DNA from: Orbicella franksi
Lineage: Eukaryota
Reading direction: 5' to 3'
NCBI GenBank assembly: GCA_964199315.1
Contig: OZ116700.1
Location: forward strand, 9,300,001-9,364,000
DNA: 64,000 nt
In this document: positions 1 to 11,500 of the stretch, one piece after another
Layout: each line of letters begins with the position of its first letter
Numbering within the stretch: position 1 is the first letter of the stretch
The notes under the pieces: model-generated
What the model was told of the DNA's origin: nothing
Database searches by the model: none
Seen by the model: only the letters and a program-made list of their open reading frames with translations
Program-made: the position numbers and the translations under genes

Positions 1-884
1 CCTTCATTATCCTTGGAATAATGGTAGAAAGTTCAAAGCTGTTCCAACGAAAATTGAAATGAGGATCTCTATTTTTGTGAGAATTATATAGGCTTTGCTG
101 AGTCCTATTTGTTTCTGTAGCAAGTATTGCTACCCTGTACCAGCTGATAGTTTTAGTACATAGAGAATGAATGACAATCTGAAAATACTCATAACTGTGT
201 CGAAATTCAGACAACAATTTACAACACTAAAGGTGATATTTTGGTAAGACCTATACCATCATCAGGGTAGAATATAAATTGGAGTACGTTTGCATCCCGA
301 TTTCAACACTCACACATTCGAGCATTGCTTAATTTTTTCGGGCAAGAAGGTCTCCGCTCCCCCACCCCCCTTCCAAGTCCGAAGGTGCCCGTACGCCTAT
401 GATCTGGAGGGTCGAGCCTAACTATTAGTTATCCAATATGAAAAGCAATTCGAGCAAGGTGACATATCGACCTCTTAATCCAGCTCTATTTTTGAGTAAT
501 CAAGCTTGATTGCCATCGGATGAAATAAAACTTGATTGAATTTTTATCAAGCTTGATAGAAAGATCAGTTATTGTTCCTGTGCAAAAATTACATTAATTA
601 TAAATGATTTGGCTTTATTATACAAATCAATTTAAACATAGAAAATCAAAGCTAAACGAACGAAGATAGGAATGATCTACATTCATGAGAATGGAGAGGA
701 AGCAGTGTCAGTTATAATTTAGTGGGTTTGTGATATAATCAGTTTAATAGAAAAACAATCTACGAAATCAGTTTGTCGTCTTATTACAATTGTGGTAACG
801 TTATTAGGGGAAACAAGTATTACTGTAGAAAGCCTGGAGATATCCCCAGTGTGAGGGAAAGAGATAGGTGCATATGATGCAAGT

Positions 885-1600
885 CGGGAGGCAATTCCAT
901 TCAAGGTGGGAGGGGTGGGAGGGGGGGGTGTGAAAAGGTCGGGGATGCTCAGTGTCGTTTCGCTTAGAAGGTGTAAATCAAGGATTTTAGTATACCCATA
1001 CCAAGGGTGTCGGGGACGAAACGCCACTATATTTAGCATTCAAAGTAACTTTTAGGGTTACACTGACTCAAAAAAATAGTTACAATAAAGCGCTGTCTGT
1101 CCGGTTTCAATGTGGTATCCTTTAAGCGTCAAAACAAAGCTCGAGTCACGCCCAGATTGGTCTCTTTTAGGCCCGGGGAGAGTCCCTTATATGGGCTATA
1201 TGGGTACGTGCAGTCCCAAAGGGTATGGTTTTTCAGCCGTTTTGGTAATAAATAGGGTATCGATTTGGGCATATAGGGTATGGTTTTAGCACTCTGGTCT
1301 TGAATTGGGTATGTTTCTTAGAAGAAGCCACTTTTTCATCATTATCAGAAAGGCCGCAAACAAAATCCCTTCATAACTTGTGTTGAGGGCAACTGTCCCA
1401 GCCACAACGGTCATAAATAGGGTATGAAATTTCTGGCCAGGTCATAAATAGGGTAGCAAAAATGAACAGAGTAAGGGTTTTGGGAAGTGGGCCGCACACC
1501 CCCACCCAACGTTTCTGGGAGTATCCCCTCGGGCTTTTAGGAGTTTAATTCAGATTTGTCGACAAGCATCCCCGACCTTTTCACATGGGAGTCCAACCCG
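885..1600. mobile_element. Non-autonomous DNA element with C/G-rich ends, interrupted by the insertion at 1172-1533
   Basis: Starts cgggaggcaattcc and ends atgggagtccaacccg (loosely inverted). Boundaries approximate. Confidence 0.4.
1172..1533. mobile_element. MITE-like element with CCCGGG-type termini and 8-bp target-site duplication
   Basis: Flanked by identical cttttagg at 1164-1171 and 1534-1541. Termini cccgggg...ctcggg. A related copy lies in the opposite orientation at ~4357-4738. Confidence 0.75.
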
Positions 1601-2125
1601 TTTTCTCTTTTCGTGATATGAAATCGTGTGGAAAAGCTTACGTATCCGCAATTTGACGTCGTTTGTGAAAGAAGGCCGTTGAAACGTTAACTTGCTGAGT
1701 ATCCTTGAAATGGGTGAGATATGAAATTGAAGTGCTCGAGTCACAGCAAGGAATTATCAATCGTCCAGAAAACGTGCCGACAAAAAAATATTTCTTAAGG
1801 TGTTTTGTCAGTAGATGGTTAGAAAATGCATTTCATCTCAAAAGTTGAAGCCTCACTCGGGTTATAATGCTGTTTGCAGAATACTTAACTTTGTGTTAGA
1901 AGTATATTAAAAGTAAGTACATTAGAAGTACAGTTTCTTTTTTCCGATTATTGTATTCAGTCACAACACCCACTGCTGCTAAATCACTACTCAGATTATA
2001 TCCCAAAATAAATTCTTTTTATATTTCTTTAACGGAAGACGATATAATTTTAAAACGTGTCAAATTTTGCCATCCGACTCCTCAAAGCTAATTGTCGCCT
2101 CCAGCAATGCAATGATTTAATTATC
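1590..2125. repeat. Interspersed repeat family R1, copy 1
   Basis: Shares diagnostic blocks (caacacccactgctgctaaa; tttaacggaagacgat; aaagcta.ttgtcgc..ccagcaatg) with ~23565-24215 and ~27330-27985. Confidence 0.7.
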
Positions 2126-3490
2126 TAGACCACAGGCATCCCAAGCTCACGTCTGGGAAAAAGCGAAAAATTAATTCTCGGACACGTACGTATTCATTCA
2201 TGAAAGCGTCACGCGTTATGAGAGTCCAGGGCGGAAAGAGCCCTGGTGAGTCTAAACTGACGCGGCGGTGAAAGGTTACGCGGGGAACCGTTGAGAATTT
2301 GAACGCGTTTTGTAAGGAATTGTATGGGAAACGAAATATCATATGGTCGATTTACAACGCTAAATATTCCGAAATATGAACAAGTTACACGCAAGATTAG
2401 TAAAAAATATTCACTCCTTATGTGTCCGTTGTGGTTTTCGGTGATCTTTACCTTTTTGGGCTTTCTTTGAAAGGAATTACAGTGATAAGCAGTGATGACC
2501 AACTTCTTCTTGGAGTGGCGACATTTCCAGGCGGCGTTACTCTCGGAGGGAAGGGGGGGGGGGGTGGGGGTAGGAGGAAGGTGGAGGCTCTCTTACGGGA
2601 GGCTTGAAATAAGATCGACCAGGTAGGTGCGGCTTGTTTTATCGCGAGGAATGTGCCAACTGCTAAGACATCCTTCAGCTTTTTTTTGGCCCGATGAGTG
2701 ATCTAAAACTATCACCATGCATATATTTCTGGGCGAAAGTTAGTTTCACTTAAAATTGTGCTCTGAACAGCCATTTCCCTAAATTTAAACTAGAAAGGAG
2801 CGTTTTTTAAAGAGATGTACGCGCCCTTGTAGTTGGTAGTTCCAAAAGAGAGAGAGATACTTGCAAAGTGCAACATCTGATATATATTAAGGATATGATG
2901 GTGAAATAATCAGAATTCCTGAAATACTGACAATTTTGTTAGCTTATAGGTTAAATATAAATTCAATTCGTTATCGACGTATTCGTCGGCGTCGCGGTCG
3001 TGATTGACTCCAATAGAGACACTTTTCGGAATCCTGCAGTGAATAGATAAATATGGCTTTTTCTATCGCGAGGCAGTATCAGTGCCAAGACAGACTTCAC
3101 CTTTGTAACCCTGATGAGTGACTTAACTGATTCACCATTCGGCGCTAAATCTGTTCCTGATTAAAAGTGTTTAAAAGTGTACTGATACAGCTATTCATCA
3201 TACCCATTTATGATGAATGGCAGAGTCTAAACTAGAAAAGAGAATTTTAAAGAAATAGTTCCAAAATAGAGAAAAATGATTGCACAGTACACCATTTGGT
3301 TGCTTTGACTGGCCAGTGTCACCAATCCAATTTGTTATTTATATTTGTGGTGTTTGTTTTCCCAATCGCATCCAGAAACACCGACAACTTTATGTCAGTC
3401 TAGATAATTACCGGGCTTTCAACACATACTCACATGTCAAACTCAAAACCAATAAGATTTCAAATCCAAAACAAATTTGAGCTTTTGATG

Positions 3491-3497
3491 TATAAAT
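3491..3497 (+). promoter_or_regulatory. Candidate TATA box of the scavenger-receptor-like gene
   Basis: TATAAAT about 120 bp upstream of the ATG at 3615, which has aaaATGg context. Confidence 0.45.
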
Positions 3498-3614
3498 AGC
3501 AGAAAAGTTGGCAGAGTACATCCATACGCGTAATCTTGGTATCACCTGACAAGTTGATACCCGGCCAGAGTATCGAACAAATCCGCTAGAACTTCAGATT
3601 GTTGACATCACAAA

Positions 3615-6600
3615 ATGGCCGTTCAAAAGCAAAGTACGCCTTCCTTTGCTTTAATAACTTCTGTTCTGTCTATTGTGTTTTACTGTGTTGGGTTTATAAG
3701 ATTGGAGGTGGAGCTGAACGAGCAGAAGAACAGAATAAATTTGCTTGAAAACGTTGTGAATGCCATCCCGCCGTCAGATCCACCAGAGCCAGACAACCCA
3801 AACATTCAACTACCCAAGAATTCTCCAGGTGAGTCCGAGTCTTAGAAGATACACTGAAGCCAGAAATAACTAATCTTTTAACAGTCACGGCTTGTTTGAA
3901 GGAAGTATTTAGCTTGCATGTTCTCGCCGCTCTACGTTTGCCGCGTGACAAACTAGCTACTCAGGGGTTAGGGGGTCAAATTTAAGAAAAAAACTAATAA
4001 TTCGAATGAAGTTGCTTTTAACCAAACATTTCCGGACTGAGGTCAATGATGAACAGCTGGTCCCAGTTGTCACAGCGTCTATATCAGGGATATCAAATGG
4101 TCTTTGGGAGCATTTGCAGACCGCACTCGAGAAAGCGGCGGAAATCGAGCCCAGCTTCCGAGCAGTGCGTTTATTTTTGCGAACGCGGGCAATAATCAAA
4201 ATTTTTCTTGCGAGCAGTGAGCACTTTAGAAAATACAGATGGCGAGCAGCGAGCACAGGTCAAATTTTGCGAGCACTTTTAAGTTGAATGGGACCATTCG
4301 ATACCCCTTATATCAGTTTGTCCTTTGCACGAGAAGATGTTGTTAGTGTGTTGATCCCCCCGGGGGGAGGGGAGGGAGGCTATTACCAGAAAAATTGGGT
4401 ATGGGTGTGTGGCCCGCTTCCCAATTGAAGCCCTTACCCTATTTATGACCAAAATCTGCGATTATCCTCACCCTATTTCTGACCTAACCAAAAATTCGAC
4501 ACCCTTTTTATGATCGTCGCGGCTGGCAAAGTTGCCCTAAAAATAATTCATGAAGAGCTTTTGATGATGGTCTTCTCGATAATGATGAAAAAGTAGTTTT
4601 TTTTTTTTTCTAGAAAACCATACTCTATGTATGACCAAAATGACCAAAAGCGATACGGTATGACCAAAACGGCTGAAAGACCCTACCTTTTGGGGCCGCA
4701 CATACCTATATAACCCATACAAGGAAGTACCCCGGGGGTCGACCCTTTGTGTCCCTTGCAGATGTTGCCATTACCCGAATTAAATGAAACTAAATAAAAT
4801 ATGAAATTTTCTGCGGATATCTGTATCGGTTGTCTTCTTGAGAAGACAAACGCTGAACTGTTTTCCAGAGCTGACAAAAGCCCATTAATTCCCGAGGTTT
4901 CAAATATTCGGTCTTATTTCTAACGTTGATTCGCAGGTGAAGTTCTCAGTTCAATGTACACTCGATTACCAGCCGCTGCTCGGGAAAGGAACCCGAGGAA
5001 CGTAGACCGGACTCGAGAAAGCGGCGGAAATCGAGCCTAAGTTCAATGACAAATTCGGCAATGTGAAAACGACACTAAGTTGTTTTTCCTTCGCTTTTGT
5101 AAATACAAGTCTGTTCATTTAAATACTTTTTTCTTTTGTTGATAGAAAGTCAAAAACTCCCTATAAACAAGCGTCAGGTTGACTCAACTAAGAACGTAAC
5201 GGAAACGAAAGGCAACGCGGAAACCACCATCAAAATCAGTCAGCGTCTTTTATCAGAATGGAGAGCACATCTTTGTCAATCAAAGGGTGTCACGTGCTCA
5301 TCAGGTCCCGCGGGCCCTCCCGGCCCACCTGGGACAAAAGGAGCTCGGGGAGAAAGGGGAAAGAAAGGAAGGACTGGAAACAAGGGAGATCAAGGCATTA
5401 TGGGATTGCCAGGAAAGAGCGGCAAGCAAGGCATTATGGGGCCTGTGGGGTTAAAGGGAGAGCCTGGAGCCAAGGGTGAGAAAGGAGAAATAGGACCCGC
5501 AGGCATGCCGGGAACGAAAGGTGAACCTGGCGAATCAATATCATCTCCTACTGTTGTTGTTTCTCCTGAGATGTTGACAGTGAACGAAGGTGGATCAGCC
5601 TCGTTTCAGTGTTCAGCCCGCGGTAACCCTGGGCCTGCAGTAGGGTGGAGTAAACTTGAGAATCGGTCAGAAATCATTCAGTCAGCGGTTTCAGGAGGAA
5701 AGTTGGAGTTAAAGAAGGTGACCGGAAATGACTCAGGCGTGTATCAGTGTTCAGCAATAAACATCCTGGGGCATTCACGGAAAGTGGTGCGATTAACAGT
5801 AAATGGTAAGTGTCTGTCACAGGTACTCAATTTCTCAACGATAATTTCTCTTCCGAAGCGTACAGGCTACGCTAAAAAATGGGTCGGAAAAGTCTCTCAG
5901 AAGAGCCACAGAGATATACTTTGACGAGCAAACTGGACCAGTTTGCTACTGCGTAGAACATATATATCAAATGAAGCATGGTTGTAAATACTGTAGTGGA
6001 AGTGCTTTAAAAATATTGAGTAGAAATAGACGTTTCGCGAAGTATTCGTTTATCTGTGTAAGTGCGACTACTACAGGTAGTAAAATGTCCGTACCACCAT
6101 ATCAAGTTGTGCTAAAACGCTTCGAAGCTAAGCTAAAAACTCGTTATGTTAACTCGATAGTACAGTTTCTGAATAAGCAGATACTGTGAACAGGCACTGC
6201 AAAGGGAATGTTTGCATTAATTGGTATCAGCATTTGAAAATTATACTACTTTGGCAATAATTTAGACAGCATAATTAAGAACAGTGCCTACTTTTGTTAG
6301 TGCGCACACGGTCTGCACATCACGCAAGGCATGGTTTAAGGTGGCCGAACACAGTTTTCGCGCTCGCTTTTGCTGATGCAATTCAGCGCGCGCACAATGA
6401 TTGCAAAAAACAAACATGCCCTCAATACAGCGATCATTTTATTTACTCAACACCCGCACTATCTGTGCTATTTTTCTCTATAATTGAACGTAGTGTATTG
6501 ATGGCTTTAGTCTTTTATCATAAATATATGTTAGAAAAGGTGAAGATGTAAAGAACTCAGCAATTCTCAGCTTTTTCTTTGATACCGAAAGAACCCAGTT

Positions 6601-8406
6601 AAATGCAGCGCATGCGTAGTAAGTCAAAAAATTGCGATTGAATGAAAATTTGCACTCTCGGAAATACGCCTATTTCTCGAGAACCACTCATTAGAATTTC
6701 ACGAAATTTGGCACGAAAATACTTTAGGAAATAAGTAACTGGTGTATTGAAAATAATTGAACTTTAACAAAGGAAACTCTAGATATTCCAGTAAACCTTC
6801 AATAAGGGATAATTAAAGATCTCTCTAATAAATTATTAGCAAAATGTCCTTAACTTGTTATAATCTTTACAAGCTTGGTACATGCAAATTGTAAAGAAAA
6901 TCTAATGACTAGATTTTCTACAAATAAACAAAACCGATTTTAAAGGCCTGTTTATTTTTATTCATGTTGCCATGGCAACGGCACATACGTCAGCTTAACC
7001 ATCAAAAAACCAAAGTTTGTGCTGTTAACTTGCTTGCTGCCATTTTTGGCGACCGAGAGATCAAGGGCGTTTGCTTTTCTGTATGTAAAGGCGAATTTTA
7101 AAGAAAGCTGTGAAGAAATATCCTCTCCTTCTTTCTTCTGAAAAATACTAGCGCTGATGTCAGCATTTTTGTTGAGATTCAAGGCTAATTTCTCGAAAAA
7201 ATGCGTGGTTACCCCCTTTTTTCTTTGTGGATTCCGATAGCCCTTGCAAAGATCTACTTTTTCCGCAAGGTCCTAACCTGGCGCAAAAACCTTTGCATTT
7301 AGTAGGCACAGTCCTTAATTCTTAAATATGTACTTAATTTTACTCACCAATTAAATGGGTCCTTTGAATTTACTTCGACTTTATGAAATTGTTAACTTCT
7401 GTTTTGTCTTCAGTTCATCCTGGAGTTGCTCTTCATCCGGGACCTCACTACACCCCTGAAGGAAGTCATTTCAATTTTCCAGTCTGTCACGTGACTGGGC
7501 ATCCGGCCCCGGTGGTCACCTGGAGGAAGTCATCGGGTCATTTACCTCAGGGGAGGGTACATTATAATAACACTGCTTTACAGATCTCAGATGTCCGTAA
7601 AAGTGACTCCGACACGTACGTCTGTTCAGCTGTCAACCTGTTAGGGAGTGATGAAAGAAAAACTCTTTTGGTCGTTGTTTCTCCTCCTCGGTTCACCTCA
7701 AAAGCATCTGTGAAGGTTGTTGCCTTTCTGGGCGGCAATTTGACGCTAACTTGTCTTGCTGGTGGTGATCCAAAACCTGTCATCAGCTGGAAAAGACAAG
7801 GAGCACAATTGCCAGTTGGGCGGAGTCTTGTGTCAAAAGAAGCGTTGATCATTAACAGTGTAAAGCTGGAGGATGCTGGGAACTACACCTGCGTGGCCAC
7901 AAGTGCAGGAGTGTCCAGCGTTGAGCATACAAGTTACATTGAAGTCACGAAGCCAGGTTGGTTTAGTATTACGAAAATAGTCTTTACTACTTCGAATAGA
8001 ATAAACCAAATTTATGAACAATAGCCTCCATTTGGCGAAAAAATATGCTCGGATATTTCTCCGTGGACATTATCTTTTCCGACAAGCGAACAGGTTCGTG
8101 AGGTTTGAAGAACAGCTAATGTTCAAGGGCAACTATCCAGCCAAATGGAAGCTTTGAACTTTGCTATCCTTGAAATATTTTTTGCAACACGCGGTTTTTT
8201 TTCGGAAATTGGGGAACGTATATCTCTCGGATATCATCTAGTTTTAGCTGGGGCATATTCAGTCATGTGACGCGTTTAGAAATATATCTGGAGGATAATA
8301 AACACAATAGCCTCCATTTGGCGCGAAAACACGCCGAAATCTGTTTTGTCCTTGACCATTTTCTGTTCATTAACAATTATTGCGCGAGCGCGCGTTGGAT
8401 AATTAA

Positions 8407-8459
<53 letters not shown>

Positions 8460-8485
8460 CCGTAGGGCCGAGTTGGCTATAACCA

Positions 8486-8519
<34 letters not shown>

Positions 8520-11500
8520 TTAATTATTAAATTCTCAGCCTCGGATAATGCAATTCTAGCTTTCTGATTGGTTCACTGGATCTTGGTTACCAGCCATTAT
8601 ACCTGCGTTTGACCTTATATGGAAATGAAAGCGGCAAATGTCGCTCGGCATAAGCTTTTTCGCGTGAAGCGAAGTTTCGTCGACAAAAAAAATGGATGAA
8701 AAAAAGCACACTCGGTGAGCTATCTACACAGGAAATACAGGAAATTATGGACAATGCTGTCCCAGTAACAACAAAAAAGCCACAAAGTTCGATATAAGGT
8801 TATTTAACGGTACGTGTACGTTAAGTTTCCCTTAAAGTTGCAAAATTAAAATATGACCGGCGAGATTTTACGCATTCATGAAGATTATGTGACAAAAACA
8901 ATGTTTACCTTAACAGAATGGCTTGCTAGTCCTGGTGGCACCAAATTTTCGAAACCGATATAAGAAAAGTCAAAAGAAGAACTGAGTGTTCAGTTGAAGT
9001 GTTTTTACTCGTCTGCGAGGAAGAAAGATGACACTTATTGCAAAAGTTCATTGATTAAATCCATTAGAGCCGCCGGTTGATCATTTCCTTTGCACGCCGC
9101 CGCACAACAAACCGTTTTCCTTTATCTCTTACCAGGCAAATAAATTATTAGAGCATATGCATTTGTAAAAGGCCGCAGGAAAACAGGCATAATTGCCGGC
9201 GTAGTCTATAAGAAACCAGTTTCCAATGAGCAGATGAGCAAACTGTTCGACTAAGCAAGCTCGGATCGGCCGAGAGCAAGAATCCCGCACAGCTACAGAG
9301 GACGACCTAGTTTCATCTCAGTCTCTTTTTTGGCCGACAACGACGAGAGTATCAACGACAGCTAGCGCCAACAATTCTGTCCTTGCGAAAAACACCTCAA
9401 GGAGTTGAGTGTTTTGAGCTGAACCGAAGTAAGCCCGGTTCTTTACCAGCCACGAAAAACTACCAGGGTGGCCTCGGAGATTCTGAAGATGAATCTGACG
9501 CTAAGATAGTTTCTGTCCTTGACTCTAAAACTGACCAACAATGAGCTCCACACATACAGCTCGAAATGCCAAGGCTTTCAAAGCAAGGGAATCCTGAGAG
9601 AGATCTGGTAGAGAATAATTTTGGCACAACGTCTGTCACATGGCGATCAAAGTTTTCCGCAGCATTATTACGATGGCAATGTGCAAGTGCACAATTATTT
9701 GGCTCTTCTCCATGACTTGAACTCGAACGTTTTCAAACTTTCTGGCCAAGGTTATATCTCCTTCATTTGATAGACGTTTCTTGAATTCTACTTGATTGCA
9801 ATTTCATTCAGCAAATTCGTTTGCTGTAACCATCTCATATCTAAAAAGCGCGAGTGGAGTAATTGTGCTCTTAAAAATGCCCCCAAAATATAGAAAACTA
9901 AACTAAAATAAAAATAAAAACACTCAAAAAATCACGCGTATGCTTGCAACATTTGTAGAACATGTTACAATGGCTGATAACTTATGATGGCTGAGCCAAT
10001 GAAAACTCTCGAATTGCATTTACCAATGATCCAGTTTTTAATAATTAAAGATAGACTTGAAGCTATTACGATTTTTTTGGAATTATTGATTCCATGCAGT
10101 TTTTAGTTTCGTTGTGTGGCTCTGATCGAGAGGACGCTAGGTGGTAAAATAGAGTTATCGTACCTATGAACAAGTTTAGATTTGTACAAGGTTTATTTGC
10201 AGACCGAACTTGGGCATTGCATTTTTTGTCGTTCTCAGTCTTCTCAGAGTTCAGTTCCATTAACTGAGTACTACTTCCGTTCATACTCATCCCTGTCTAG
10301 TAGCGTTCTTACGTTTTTAGCTGTCTTAATTAATTTAATTATGCAGAATGGCGGAGCACCTTTTGGCCGTGTTGAGGTTTATTACAGAAACGTTCGAACC
10401 TTATCCAGTTTTTCGTTATAATTTAAGGTTGCTGTTGCTTCTGAATCAATTGAGAACCAGACGCCGAAAGCTTTAACTTTGTATATAGGCCATTTAAAAT
10501 TACTTCCAGGAGTTTATTCCATCGTTCCCACTATTTAATCCAATCCAAAGGGCTTCTGTGTTTTTTATTATTAAGTTTTAAAATACAGTGAAACCTGTAT
10601 TAAGCGAACCCCATATTATGCGGACACCCTCTATTAAGTAGACACCAGCCTTAGGGACCGTTCATTTTTTATAAGGTAGGGGGGGCTGGTGGGATTTGGG
10701 GGGGGGGCCATGCGAAAAAAAATGGCTTTCGAGGGGGGGCCATCCCAAAAAAATAAGGGAAAAAGGGGGGGTCACGTGAAATATTTTAGTAAAACTTTAA
10801 AATGGCATAATGTTTGAATATCAAATAAATTGCTATAGAATAAACATAGAAGGCAGGATACAAATTTATTACAAACTTTGCTTCTGCTTTAAAAAAAAAA
10901 CGTTTGGCGACAAAAAGCATTTGTAGCTACTGAAAAGAAGTATTTAACACTGTTATTTTCAAATGCAACTTTCACTGGCACTCATCTTCATCTTCGCTGT
11001 CGTCGAGTTCTTCGTCGCCGCTTGCGCTGCTATGGGAGTCTCTTTCACCAATGCTGCAAGAAGCAGCAATGCTTTCGGTCAGAGTGTACTCTTCAGGGCA
11101 CATGAAGGTGTAAACATAATCTCTGACTTCCTGCTCAAGGTTGGTAGTGATTCTGCTTCTTGCAGCATTGGTGAAATAATTCCCTTCCAAGAGCTGTGCG
11201 ATGTATGGCCCATCTCTTCTAAATAACGACGCGGAAACATCCTCAACTTTAATACACTCTTCCGGGACGGCCGTTCTAGGAGGGTACACAAGGCATTGTG
11301 GAAGATCATTTCCTAGCGGGTTTCCAACACAGATTCCATAAACTCGTTGGACGTTATTTTCAGTTCGCTTCCTCTTTCTTTCATTTGACTTTCTGCGGTT
11401 TTCTTTTTTCCTTCTCCTTTTGTTGATGAGCTGTTTGAGTATGCCCTTGAATATGCTGTTATAATTGCTCTTCTTATTTTCTAGTGCTTCCATGTCCTGC

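Noticed and set aside
2691-3140. CCGATGAG/CTGATGAG followed by a short stem at 2691 and 3111, resembling hammerhead cores
   Set aside because: No GAAA follows the stem in either copy, and there is no stem III or cleavage triplet.
4937-5040. Possible extra exon after tcgcag
   Set aside because: In phase 1 it reaches TAA at ~5038 with no convincing donor, and it overlaps a repeat-derived motif. Exon 1 splices cleanly to 5146.
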